Position numbers and translations under genes: made by a program | Shown: one piece after another, positions 1-9,391 of the stretch | Layout: every line of letters starts with the position of its first letter | Position numbering within the stretch: position 1 is the stretch's first letter | Source of the DNA: an archaeon | GTDB lineage: Archaea; Asgardarchaeota; Thorarchaeia; Thorarchaeales; Thorarchaeaceae | Length of the DNA: 64,000 nucleotides | Assembly (NCBI GenBank): GCA_024275415.1 | Contig: JAJRZD010000035.1 | Coordinates: 559-64,558 of the forward strand | Direction of reading: 5' to 3' | The notes under the pieces: generated by a model | Database searches by the model: none | Told to the model about the DNA's origin: nothing | Seen by the model: only the letters and a program-made list of their open reading frames with translations

Positions 1-536
1 CCGTAGAAGTCTTCGGGAAACACAATGTGGGAGTACATCTGATAGTCGGGCTGGGCGAAACTGAGCAAGAGATGCTAGAAACAATCCAGCGTGCACACGA
101 TTTGGGTGCTCGGACACACCTGTTTTCATTCTTCCCCGAGGATGGCTCTGCAATGCAGGACATTCCCCAACCACCTCTTGGTGCTTACCGAAGAGTGCAG
201 TTTGGGCGTTACATCATCAACTATGATCATGGACGATACGAGGACATGACCTTCAACGAGCATGGACAACTCACGTCGTTCGGACTGGATTCTGATGTCT
301 TCGAACGCCTGCTTTCCTCTGGTGAGCCATTCATGACCTCCGGATGCTCTGGTGCTACAGTAGAGAATGCGTGTAATCGACCTTTCGGGAACTGCACTCC
401 ATTCCAAGCCGCTGTGGGACACTGGAGGAACTTTCCCATCAACCCCAATCAGGATGATGTCGAGATAATCCGAGAGCAATTGAATGATTACTCGCTAACA
501 TATGATTTTGAAGAGGTCGAGAAAGAGTTTGAGTGA
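1..536 (+). CDS. Radical SAM protein, C-terminal part (5' end lies outside the window); candidate archaeal LipS-type lipoyl synthase
   Basis: The frame is open from nt 3; the listed ORF merely starts at an internal GTG. It carries the glycine-rich 'HLIVGLGETEQE' motif typical of the C-terminal half of BioB/LipA-like radical SAM enzymes, plus C-terminal Cys residues (CSGATVENACNRPFGNC). It sits directly upstream of a second radical SAM gene and lplA. The lipoyl-synthase role is inferred from context. Confidence 0.5.
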   Translation, partial: VEVFGKHNVGVHLIVGLGETEQEMLETIQRAHDLGARTHLFSFFPEDGSAMQDIPQPPLGAYRRVQFGRYIINYDHGRYEDMTFNEHGQLTSFGLDSDVFERLLSSGEPFMTSGCSGATVENACNRPFGNCTPFQAAVGHWRNFPINPNQDDVEIIREQLNDYSLTYDFEEVEKEFE

Positions 537-1557
537 TGACATAGACTCGCTCCTTGATCTTTGTTTCAACGGATCCGAAGAGGAGCTTACACCACTCTTT
601 GAGAAGGCATTCGAGGTTTCTCGATCCCGGTTCTCTAATGTGCTCGCACTACATGCTCCAGGGATGGTTCATTATAGCACAGATTTCCATACTGCAACTG
701 ACCCCTACCGTTTTCCAAGTGTTTCTATTTCTGGCTCAGGATGTTCATTGAGCTGTGAGCATTGTAGTAGGAAGCTGCTTGAAACCATGATTCCTGCAAC
801 GACTCCAGAGATGCTATGGGAAACCTGCCTGAAAGTTTCCGAAAAAGGCGGAGAAGGGGTTCTCATCAGTGGGGGTTCTACGCCAAAGGGCAACACTCCT
901 CTTCTGGACTTCATTCCTACAATCAAGCGGGTCAAAGAAGACCTTGGATTAGATGTCGTCGTACACACAGGCGTTGTATATCCCGATGTGGCTGAAGGTC
1001 TTGGTGACGCAGGCGTAGATGGGGCAATGCTTGATATCATCGGTGATGAGGCTACATTGCGGGAGGTTTACCACCTTGATCTTCATGTCTAGGTCTTTGA
1101 TGAATCTCTTTCGTTGCTAGAGGACAATAATGTCCCCAGTATGCCTCATATAGTGGTCGGGCTCTATTATGGCAAGCTTCGTGGCGAGTCGAATGCCATC
1201 AGGATCATCGCTCGGCATGACCCGCAGTCTATCATCATTGTTGCCTTCAAGCCATTAGAAGAAACACCTATGCACAATGTGGTTCCAGCATCTCCACTGG
1301 ATATCAGTCGTGTCCTCTTAGCATCTCGTCTGGTCTTTCCGGACAAGCCTGTCATCCTTGGATGCGCGAGGCCGCATGGTGACCACCGCCGAGAAACAGA
1401 CATCCTTGCAATCCGTGCTGGTATCAATGGGATGGCATACCCGACGGAGGAAGGATACGAGTTCGCAGAAACATTGGGACTAGTACCGAAGATGTCCAAC
1501 AAATGCTGTTCGTTGATGGATGATGTATTGCCAATACACAGGGAGCTGAAGATGTAG
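502..1557 (+). CDS. Radical SAM protein (candidate LipS-type lipoyl synthase), interrupted by an in-frame TAG at 1090-1092
   Basis: ORFs 502..1092 and 1114..1557 are in the same frame (both 1 mod 3), separated only by TAG. The N-terminal part has CxxxCxxC (GCSLSCEHC) and GGxT-like 'VLISGGSTPKG'. The C-terminal part has 'HIVVGLYYGK', the glycine-rich motif expected downstream in the same protein. Together they make one ~351-aa radical SAM. Confidence 0.5.
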
Positions 1558-3171
1558 ATGGAACAATGGAGATTGCTGGACACAGGTGTTCTCACAGGCT
1601 CTGAGAATATGGCGTTAGATGATGCGATATTGGAATGCCGCTCGGCAGGCACGACTCCTAATACACTCAGATTCCTTCAATTCAACCCTGCCACTGTGTT
1701 GGTCGGGTTTCATCAATCAATAGCGCAAGAGGTTCGATTGGACTATTGCAGGGCCCATGGCATCGATGTTAATCGGCGCATCACTGGAGGCGGTGCAATC
1801 CTCTTTACTCCCACCTGTCTTGGATGGGAGATATTTGCCGATAAATCCGTTCCCGGGATACACGAGCTTCGTTACGACCTGGATCGTCTGGCTCAGTTGA
1901 TATGCTCAGGGACTGTGCTCGGTCTGAAGGAGTTAGGCGTCGAGGCTGAGTTCCGTCCAAAGAACGATATCGAGGTCAATGGACGAAAGATATCCGGTAC
2001 TGGCTGGACTGAACGCGGCACTGCGTTCATGTATCAGGGAACCTTATTGGTGGACTTTGATGTCGAACTGATGCTGAGAACTCTGCGAATTCCCGTCGAG
2101 AAGCTACAGGACAAAGAGATTGAAAGCGTGAAGGAACGAGTGACCTGTCTAAAATGGGAACTTGGGTATGTCCCCCCATTGAACGAGATAAAACGGGCTC
2201 TCGCAAACGGGTTCGAGCAAGTCTTTCAGATGGAGTTAGAAGAAGGTAGGCTTACTTCAGAAGAAGAGGCTGTATTCAAGGAGTTCCTCCCAGAGTACCA
2301 GTCTGATGACTGGATTGACATGGTCAAACCCCCCAAGGATCACGCAGGACATGTGACCGCCGTCAGAAAGACCCCCGGAGGTCTGATTCGTGTTTCGTTG
2401 TCGTTGAATGTGGCTGGCAATTTCATCACTAACAGTTTCATTACTGGTGATTTTCAGATATTCCCCCAGCGTGCAGTTATGGATCTTGAAGCCAAGCTGA
2501 AGAATATTGCCACCGATGAAGAAACCATCCGGAAGAATGTCATCGAGTTCTTTGAGCAGACTGGAACGAGGATATTTGGTGTCGAACCCGAGGAGCTTGT
2601 CCAATTGTTCCTTGAGGCAACAAAGAAGACTGCTTTCAAAGAGATTGGAATATCCCTTGAGGACTCTAACCACCTTATGACAGTAAACTTCATGCCTGAT
2701 GAGGTCTTGGATCAGAGATTCGACTATATCCTTCTTCCCTATTGTGCCAAGCTTGTCAATTGTGATTATAGACAAACTGAAGGATGCAGTGTATGTGGCG
2801 CATGTACTATCGGCGATATCTACGAGCTCGCTCAGGACTTGGACATTCCCGTTCGAACTATTCAGAACTTCGAGCACCTCATTGCGACCATTGACGAGTT
2901 CAAGAAAAAAGGTGCACGGGGCTATGTTGGTTCCTGTTGTGAAGGGTTCTATAACAAGCACCATCGGGATTTCCTTGAAACTGGAGTGCCAGGTTTGCTC
3001 ATAGATGTTGATGACTCAACATGCTACGAACTTGGAGAAGAGCATGATGCATATGTCGGTAAATTCGAAGGTCAGACTGCGCTGAAGCTTGAACTCTTGC
3101 GAAGAGTGCTCTCGGCCCTAAGAGAGAGAGGACGTATTCATGGGAGGACAACCGAGAGTGCAAAAGTATGA
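1558..3171 (+). CDS. lplA: Lipoate-protein ligase A (catalytic + LplA C-terminal domains) fused to an extra ~190-aa Cys-rich C-terminal domain
   Basis: The N-terminus matches the BPL/LplA/LipB fold, including 'RRITGGGAILF', which resembles the LplA RRxSGGGAV motif. Residues ~250-340 resemble the LplA accessory C-domain (PGGLIRVSLSL...GDFQIFP). The extra tail carries CAKLVNC-x8-CSVCGAC, GSCCEGF and STCYELG. Confidence 0.75.
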   Translation: MEQWRLLDTGVLTGSENMALDDAILECRSAGTTPNTLRFLQFNPATVLVGFHQSIAQEVRLDYCRAHGIDVNRRITGGGAILFTPTCLGWEIFADKSVPGIHELRYDLDRLAQLICSGTVLGLKELGVEAEFRPKNDIEVNGRKISGTGWTERGTAFMYQGTLLVDFDVELMLRTLRIPVEKLQDKEIESVKERVTCLKWELGYVPPLNEIKRALANGFEQVFQMELEEGRLTSEEEAVFKEFLPEYQSDDWIDMVKPPKDHAGHVTAVRKTPGGLIRVSLSLNVAGNFITNSFITGDFQIFPQRAVMDLEAKLKNIATDEETIRKNVIEFFEQTGTRIFGVEPEELVQLFLEATKKTAFKEIGISLEDSNHLMTVNFMPDEVLDQRFDYILLPYCAKLVNCDYRQTEGCSVCGACTIGDIYELAQDLDIPVRTIQNFEHLIATIDEFKKKGARGYVGSCCEGFYNKHHRDFLETGVPGLLIDVDDSTCYELGEEHDAYVGKFEGQTALKLELLRRVLSALRERGRIHGRTTESAKV

Positions 3172-4228
3172 TGTGGTTGTTGTCGGTGCAGGTCCTGCCG
3201 GGTGCAGTGCTGCCGTCACATGTGCATCATTAGGAATGGAAGTTCTTCTACTATACCGCAAAAAGAAGGAGGCGCGGAAACCCTGCGGTGGAGTTCTACC
3301 TTGGATTACCACCGAGATAATTGAGGACATCTTTGACGAGGCGTTGCCTTCTAGGGTAATGAACAACCCTCAAGAGCTGGGTCTCTATTACGTCCCACCG
3401 AGCGGACGAAACGAGAGCGGTCGTGTCAGGAACTACAGGATTCACTATATTGTCCGTGAGAAGTTCGATGCATGGCTGATTGATATTACTGCCAGCGCAG
3501 GTGTTGAAGTCTTGACCGAAACCCGGGCCATCGCCCTCGAAGGTAACTCTCCTATAACAGTTCATGCTAAACGGCACAGCGGGGAAGAAATGTCATTCCA
3601 AGCAGAATATTTAGTCGGCGCAGATGGCGTTAGTTCGATGGTCAGACGGTCATTGTCCTTGGAGTCCGCAGCGGACTTCTTGATTGTGGGACAGCAGCTT
3701 TGGAGTAATAGAAGACATAGCGACCTAGAGGATAATTTCTACGGCTTTTTCCGTGGGGACATTTCCATTGCATATTCCTATGCTATCCCAAAAGGCGATG
3801 ACATACTGATTGGCACAGGCGTTCGACCTAGGCAAACACCCCATGCCTTTGATGCACTTGATCGTTTCAAGGAATGGCTTGTTGACGACTTCAACTTTGA
3901 TGATTCTACAATGTTGAAAAAAGAAACATGGGCAATCCCATTCGGATATTTCATCCCTGGGACAGGCAACACCTTGTTGGTAGGTGACGCAGCAGGACTA
4001 TGCAACCCACTTTCTGGAGAAGGTATCCGATTGGGAATAGAGTCTGGTGAGGCGGCAGGTTCAGCAATCTCCAAAGCTAAAGAAGGTAATGACCTCTTGC
4101 AGTATTATATCCGTGAAGTCGATGGCATCGCTCGTATGGTATTGGACTTGCACAAGTTCGTCGTCACAAGCACAGACGAATCGAGACAGGAATTTGTCCG
4201 GCAAGAACTGACGCGAGGCATCATCTAA
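3140..4228 (+). CDS. Geranylgeranyl reductase family FAD-dependent oxidoreductase
   Basis: N-terminal Rossmann motif 'YDVVVVGAGPAGCSAA', 'GADGVSSMVRR', and C-terminal 'LLVGDAAGLCNPLSGEGI', typical of the GGR/FixC family. Confidence 0.7.
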   Translation: MGGQPRVQKYDVVVVGAGPAGCSAAVTCASLGMEVLLLYRKKKEARKPCGGVLPWITTEIIEDIFDEALPSRVMNNPQELGLYYVPPSGRNESGRVRNYRIHYIVREKFDAWLIDITASAGVEVLTETRAIALEGNSPITVHAKRHSGEEMSFQAEYLVGADGVSSMVRRSLSLESAADFLIVGQQLWSNRRHSDLEDNFYGFFRGDISIAYSYAIPKGDDILIGTGVRPRQTPHAFDALDRFKEWLVDDFNFDDSTMLKKETWAIPFGYFIPGTGNTLLVGDAAGLCNPLSGEGIRLGIESGEAAGSAISKAKEGNDLLQYYIREVDGIARMVLDLHKFVVTSTDESRQEFVRQELTRGII

Positions 4229-4285
4229 GAGGCATGGCGCCTATCGGAACTAATTAATTACTTCCTGATTCTTAGATGTGCAAAG

Positions 4286-5650
4286 TTGGACTCTACCATG
4301 CTCGTTGATAAGACCCTGTGTGACCCAAGCAAATGTGATATCGAGTGCTACAAGGCTTGTCTTGAAACCCATGGTTCGGATGCTCCTCTCACTTATGACA
4401 TGGGTGGGGGCTATCCAACCATAAGACAAGAATCCTGTACTAATTGCTTGAGATGTCTTCGCGCATGCCCCTATAACGCATTGAAGACTGACTCGACAAG
4501 AAAACGACGTACACACCCCGAGAGGAAAAAGGGACGTAGCCCGCAGAAGAAACCATACGTGGTGTCTTCGCAATGGGTCAGATTCTCGGAAGCCGACATG
4601 ATTTTTGCTCGCGTACGTAATGACCCCTCCTTCGAGAACTATCAGAAGAGTGAATGGTGGGGGGCTGAGAACATGATTGCACAGGGAATACCTGGGTATG
4701 GGCGGTTCGAGCATCATCTTGCAGCAGCTGGATGGACACTATATGATGAACGTACGAAGATTAATCCTCGTACGACCGATTACAGGACTACCATATCAAA
4801 GTCCAAGAGGATCAAGTCATCGCGTGAAACCTTAACAGATGCTATCAAGCGAGCTGCCCGTTTCTATGGTGCAGATCTCGTTGGAGTCGCAAGGGTTGAT
4901 TCAAGATGGTTGTACACGCAGAACCGGAACCGTGAGGACTATCACTTTCCCAAGTCTTTAAACCGGGCGGTTGTCATCGCGGTGGAAATGGACTATGACG
5001 GCATAGCGACTTCTCCTGCCTTTACATCATCTGCAGTCACTGCATTAGGGTACTCACGCATGGCTTTTGTGGAAATAGAATTGGCAGGCTTCATTAGGAG
5101 TTTAGGGTATACAGCTGTGCCCACTGGGAACGATATCGCTCTTAGTGTTCCCATGGCAATTGATGCAGGCCTCGGGATGGTCGGACGGAACGGGATACTG
5201 ATAACGAAGGAATTCGGTCCTCGAGTTCGGATCGCAAAGGTACTGACTGATATGCCTCTTGAATACGATGAGCCTGACATGAAATTCTGCAAATCTATCA
5301 TCGAATTCTGTAAGGTCTGTGAAAAATGTGCAAGCACATGCCCCTCGCAGTCCATACCCTACGGAGAAAGACAAACCTGGAAAGGGGAAACACGCTCGAA
5401 CAATCCGGGAGTGAAGAAATGGTATATCAATCCCGAAACATGCTATAACTTCTGGATCGAGAATGGTTCAGAGTGCTCCAACTGCATACGTTCTTGTCCC
5501 TACAATAAGCCAAACAATGTGTTTCATCGCTTCATTGTATGGATTACCGTGAACTTGCCATGGCTGGACAAGGTCATCGTGAAGATGGATGACTTGTTCG
5601 GTTTCGGTAGACAAAAGAACCCCTTGTCGTATCTCGCCAAGCTTAAATGA
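4286..5650 (+). CDS. Reductive dehalogenase (RdhA)/epoxyqueuosine-reductase-like cobalamin and Fe-S protein, cytoplasmic type
   Basis: 'AARFYGADLVGVARVD' matches the RdhA/QueG signature. Two C-terminal ferredoxin motifs (CKVCEKCASTCP; CSNCIRSCPYN) and an additional N-terminal Cys cluster (CDPSKCDIECYKAC...CTNCLRCLRACP). No signal or TAT peptide. Confidence 0.55.
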   Translation: MDSTMLVDKTLCDPSKCDIECYKACLETHGSDAPLTYDMGGGYPTIRQESCTNCLRCLRACPYNALKTDSTRKRRTHPERKKGRSPQKKPYVVSSQWVRFSEADMIFARVRNDPSFENYQKSEWWGAENMIAQGIPGYGRFEHHLAAAGWTLYDERTKINPRTTDYRTTISKSKRIKSSRETLTDAIKRAARFYGADLVGVARVDSRWLYTQNRNREDYHFPKSLNRAVVIAVEMDYDGIATSPAFTSSAVTALGYSRMAFVEIELAGFIRSLGYTAVPTGNDIALSVPMAIDAGLGMVGRNGILITKEFGPRVRIAKVLTDMPLEYDEPDMKFCKSIIEFCKVCEKCASTCPSQSIPYGERQTWKGETRSNNPGVKKWYINPETCYNFWIENGSECSNCIRSCPYNKPNNVFHRFIVWITVNLPWLDKVIVKMDDLFGFGRQKNPLSYLAKLK

Positions 5651-7206
5651 CCTCTGAACACCCCGTTGCGAAGGAGAATAAGTATTACAACATCATAAAA
5701 CTGGTAGATACGCATAATCAATGTTCATTTCATCCAAACGAGGCTGATACGATGACTAAGAAGGTACAACGACGCAACACGGAAGACAAACCTTCTCACT
5801 TCGAGTTCACCCTCGGCGATGTCAAGCTGGATGAAACCGTGTTACATATGATTCTTGAACACAGCCACGATGCAGTTCTTATTGTTGGAATGGACTATAA
5901 ATTCGAATACGTGAGCGAAGAAGGCTATAAGATGGTGAATGCAAAGGCAGGTGAGCTTATCGGTCTTGACTTCAGAGAGTACATGCCTGATGAAATGGCT
6001 CGCAAAGAGGTTGTGCAGCGGTTACGGGACATGCTTGCAGGTAAAGATGTGTCGCCTTCCTATAGCACTAAGATTCTCGATACCGACGGGAACATCCTCC
6101 ATGTCGACATTCGAATAGTATTGATTCGTGATATCAATGACCAGCCAAAGGCACTGGTTCTGGTTCACGATAGGACAGAAGAGCGACTGAGTCAGGTTGC
6201 GCTTGAGGAGTCAGAATATCGTTATAGGTCACTCGTTGAGTCGATGAATGACGGTTTGGCGGTTGATACTCCTGATATGATTCTAACATACGCTAATGAT
6301 GCCTTTTGTCAGATGTTGGAATACACAAGGGACGAGATTGTGGGACGATGCTGGCTTGATTTCACAACTGCTGATAGGGATGAAATGGAAGAACGTATCC
6401 GACAACGGGAAGAAGGTCAGTCAGAACGTTACGAGCTAGAATGGATCACAAAGTCAGGACGGGCAGTCTATACCCTTGTGTCTGCTGTTCCCCTGTTCGA
6501 TAGGTCTGGGGAGTTCAAGGGCACTTTTGGCGTAGTGACCGACATAACAACGCAGAAGGAATATGAGGACACCATACAGTTCTATCTCGATCTGCTAACT
6601 CATGATATTGCCAATCAGCTTCAGGTCATCATGACTGCTGTAGGACTCCTTGACCAAGACCTGCCCAAACAGTACCTCGATGATGCTCGACAGGACATCA
6701 CTGATGCCATCCAACGATGCGACAGGTTGATCACGAAGGTCAAACGTGCCGGGCAGACGCGATACCTGCCTCTCACCAGAATGGATCTTGCAACCGTCAT
6801 CAAGGAGAAGGCGGCAGTTCTGCAAAGGGTATACTCTACGGAAGTAACCTTGAAAGGGATGAATGGTGCTTCTATGGTCTGGGCTGATGCCCTTCTAGGC
6901 GAGATGGTGTGGAACCTTCTAGAGAATGCAGCGCGTCACAATCCAAGTAAGAAACGTAGAGTATGGATTTCAACATCACGAAAGAATGGCAATCTGCAAC
7001 TTGTTATCTCTGATAATGGTCCAGGCATTTCAGACTCGAAGAAAAAGACCCTCTTCCAAAAAATGCAGCGGTCTGGAGGAGTTGGCCTCACCCTAGTATC
7101 CCAAATGATTCGCAAGTATGGAGGCACTATTGAGGTGAACGACAGGGTGAAGGGCTCGCCCTCAAAAGGGGCGAAGTTCATCATCACCTTGAAGCCAGCA
7201 GAATAG
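5647..7206 (+). CDS. PAS-domain sensor histidine kinase
   Basis: PAS-like repeats, then an H-box 'LTHDIANQLQVI' and an HATPase_c region 'ISDNGPGISDSKKKTLFQKMQRSGGVGLTLV'. The start overlaps the upstream stop (ATGA). Confidence 0.8.
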   Translation: MTSEHPVAKENKYYNIIKLVDTHNQCSFHPNEADTMTKKVQRRNTEDKPSHFEFTLGDVKLDETVLHMILEHSHDAVLIVGMDYKFEYVSEEGYKMVNAKAGELIGLDFREYMPDEMARKEVVQRLRDMLAGKDVSPSYSTKILDTDGNILHVDIRIVLIRDINDQPKALVLVHDRTEERLSQVALEESEYRYRSLVESMNDGLAVDTPDMILTYANDAFCQMLEYTRDEIVGRCWLDFTTADRDEMEERIRQREEGQSERYELEWITKSGRAVYTLVSAVPLFDRSGEFKGTFGVVTDITTQKEYEDTIQFYLDLLTHDIANQLQVIMTAVGLLDQDLPKQYLDDARQDITDAIQRCDRLITKVKRAGQTRYLPLTRMDLATVIKEKAAVLQRVYSTEVTLKGMNGASMVWADALLGEMVWNLLENAARHNPSKKRRVWISTSRKNGNLQLVISDNGPGISDSKKKTLFQKMQRSGGVGLTLVSQMIRKYGGTIEVNDRVKGSPSKGAKFIITLKPAE

Positions 7207-7215
7207 TCCTGCCAA

Positions 7216-7482
7216 TCATCTATTGATCCTTCTCTGAACCCTGTCATACAATCTCAGGTAGAAATTACGTTTCTTGACCTTCTTATTAAGGTCGAAGAAA
7301 TTCGTGTTGATTCTGTATAGCTTCCTCTTCAACTCGTCATACGGTTTCAGCGTACTCCCGTCACACATAGAGGAGAAGATAGAAGCAACTGTTTCAGGAA
7401 AATCATCGATATATTGACATCGCTCCAGTTGGATATGAAGCAATGTGCTTTTCAGAATTGTTTCTTGCATAGCACTCTTCAT
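7216..7482 (-). CDS. Hypothetical small basic protein
   Basis: An 88-aa ORF convergent with the kinase; no recognisable motif. Coding status is uncertain. Confidence 0.25.
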   Translation of the reverse strand: MKSAMQETILKSTLLHIQLERCQYIDDFPETVASIFSSMCDGSTLKPYDELKRKLYRINTNFFDLNKKVKKRNFYLRLYDRVQRRINR

Positions 7483-7635
7483 TTTGGTCCCCAGCAGCGT
7501 ATTATAGGATATTATTAATTAAGAATTCTGGTAGATTAATCCGAATATTCAATTATTGGATTCAACATCATAGTGTCTGCTTCCAATGCAGATTTAACTA
7601 TAGGACCTGAAAAATCCTTGAGGTTCGTCTGAAGT

Positions 7636-8331
7636 ATGCGGATAGCTTCGATAATCGATATCAGTCTGGTCGATGTTCCTAGGATCCCAGTCACAGTCAT
7701 CTTTACGGGAGGGTGTAATTTCGACTGCCCCTATTGTCAAAATGCCAGTTTAATCCCGCGCTCGAGTGGTGAAGAGCTCTCTCATGATGACATCATCGCC
7801 AAGATGGATGATTTTCTTTCAGACGGGTTCTGTATCACTGGTGGAGAGCCCACCATACAAAACGATCTCCCGGACTTCCTCGGCGCGCTCCGAAAACGCA
7901 TTGGAGGACATATCAATCTAAACACGCAAGGCTCCATTCCCACGACCCTCAAGAGGTCGCTACCCTTCCTAGATTCTGTATGGTTCGACATCAAGGCTTC
8001 CCCTAGCCATTATCAGGTCGTAAGCAGGACTAAGCATGATCCATGGCCCTATATCCGGGAGAGCATAGACCTAGTTCTCCGTGCTGATGCCGAATTCTGG
8101 CCAAGAACTACTTATGTAGGCAATCTATTATCCCCTCAAGATCTTGTGGACATCCTTGAGTTTCTTGAAGGGGTTGGATTTGACGGGACTTATACGATTC
8201 AAAACTACGTTCAATCAGCGGGTGTCCGACCCGATGAAACCTCTCATTTAGTAGAACTAGATATGAGCGATGCAGTGGACGCAGTCGAGTCATTTGCTCC
8301 TTCTTTTGATATCTCTTTCATGTGGAGATAG
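7636..8331 (+). CDS. Radical SAM activating enzyme, NrdG/PflA-like family
   Basis: 'FTGGCNFDCPYCQN' is the CxxxCxxC of the small activase family, plus 'ITGGEPT'. The ~230-aa size fits anaerobic RNR-activase-like proteins. Confidence 0.6.
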   Translation: MRIASIIDISLVDVPRIPVTVIFTGGCNFDCPYCQNASLIPRSSGEELSHDDIIAKMDDFLSDGFCITGGEPTIQNDLPDFLGALRKRIGGHINLNTQGSIPTTLKRSLPFLDSVWFDIKASPSHYQVVSRTKHDPWPYIRESIDLVLRADAEFWPRTTYVGNLLSPQDLVDILEFLEGVGFDGTYTIQNYVQSAGVRPDETSHLVELDMSDAVDAVESFAPSFDISFMWR

Positions 8332-8488
8332 TTTTGACTGTAGCGAAAAGGTTCATCATGCGCGTCATGAAAAAGCGATGTTTTCTCGGATTGTGAACAC
8401 CACTAGATTCTTTCTCCTATTGTATTCTTCAATTCCCAATTGCACCATGACTCTTCCAGTTCATCCAAGATTGTTTTTTTTGGTAATA

Positions 8489-9391
8489 ATGGATAAAATA
8501 TCTGGGTATGTTACGATGCGCGATTTAGTAGTGTTAATACGTGACTTGGTAGAGCATTTACAATCGAAGAAAATTGGACGATTATTCAGAGCGGGACGAG
8601 TTATTGTTTTCGAGATTGGGTCACACCAGATTGCAATTCCCATGGGTTGGTTATCAAGAGAGGTCATCTCAAAAATCAAGAATCGATATTACTCACCAAT
8701 AGTACCCACACGCGGACTCAAGATGCTACGAACAATATCTCAAATGATTGATGAGATCACTGATTTTGATTTGATCAATATTGATATCCGAATCGATAGT
8801 GTGAGGAAGAAGCTCAAAAAACCCTCACGACCCGATGCATTTTCGGATAATCCCCCTGGGGTCGTACATTTCAAGTACAGACAAGAAAAACGGAAATTCC
8901 TATTTCTAAGCCAATATAGAGCAAATACAGTGTGCCAACATGAGATTCCTTTGATTGCACGTTTAGAACGGTGCTGGTCATTCGGAAAGATATTTCCAAG
9001 CTTTTGTCTTGTCGAAGAGAAACGAAATGCATGGCACCGCATCTTCGAGATTGATGCTGTTTCCTTTTGTAATGGCGACCTTTTCATGTTCGAGCTGAAG
9101 CACAGCAAATACAGTGATGAATTCAAGATCCTCGAACACTTGTTATCTGCTGGACGAAAGATTCAGATTTGGAGAGAGAAAATGAACCTACCAATTAGAA
9201 AGATAATACCTATAGTCTATCTGCGCAAGAAATCAGACCTTGCTCCACAATATCTAAACATCATCTTTTTTGAGGACTTGCACGAGAGTTTTACTGCACA
9301 CCATTTGTCTAATTTCATTGCATATCCCATCGACAAAGATATTTCCAAGGTGAAACTAGATGGAATGGCAATAGAAATTGCCGAAAGTTAA
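8489..9391 (+). CDS. Hypothetical protein with a PD-(D/E)xK nuclease-like motif, encoded in an AT-rich islet
   Basis: An I/K/F/N-rich ORF. The C-terminal part has 'RIFEIDAVSFCNGDLFMFELK', a D...(D/E)xK pattern. The first ATG in frame is at 8489; the upstream extension to 8270 is low-complexity and unlikely to be coding. Confidence 0.4.
   Translation: MDKISGYVTMRDLVVLIRDLVEHLQSKKIGRLFRAGRVIVFEIGSHQIAIPMGWLSREVISKIKNRYYSPIVPTRGLKMLRTISQMIDEITDFDLINIDIRIDSVRKKLKKPSRPDAFSDNPPGVVHFKYRQEKRKFLFLSQYRANTVCQHEIPLIARLERCWSFGKIFPSFCLVEEKRNAWHRIFEIDAVSFCNGDLFMFELKHSKYSDEFKILEHLLSAGRKIQIWREKMNLPIRKIIPIVYLRKKSDLAPQYLNIIFFEDLHESFTAHHLSNFIAYPIDKDISKVKLDGMAIEIAES

Noticed and set aside
1090-1092. The idea that the in-frame TAG means pyrrolysine decoding (and, together with TAA at 38324, a broad stop-codon reassignment).
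   Set aside because: TAG, TAA and TGA all sit at the expected ends of conserved genes in this window (e.g. TAG ends psmA and the histidine kinase; TAA ends msrB). So there is no genome-wide reassignment. Site-specific readthrough cannot be excluded, but it is not supported by anything visible.
2257-2964. A 235-aa minus-strand ORF, and several 60-117-aa ORFs, lying entirely inside lplA. Similar antisense or alternate-frame ORFs lie inside most large genes (e.g. 126..479, 24946..25410, 39640..39981).
   Set aside because: They overlap strongly supported conserved genes on the other strand or frame, have no motifs, and show the compositional mirror of the real gene. I treat them as shadow ORFs.
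4286-5650. Annotating the cobalamin/Fe-S protein as the tRNA epoxyqueuosine reductase QueG.
   Set aside because: Archaea use archaeosine rather than queuosine, and the protein has an extra N-terminal Cys-cluster domain. I keep it as RdhA/QueG-like with unknown substrate.
7636-8331. Calling the small radical SAM protein QueE (7-carboxy-7-deazaguanine synthase).
   Set aside because: The CNFDCPYCQN cluster with GGEPT and the ~230-aa size fit the NrdG/PflA activase family at least as well. Without an HMM search I keep the generic activase call.
8270-8488. The upstream extension of ORF 8270..9391, which overlaps the radical SAM activase gene.
   Set aside because: It is a low-complexity peptide overlapping a strong gene in another frame. 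The first ATG, at 8489, begins the coherent I/K-rich protein.
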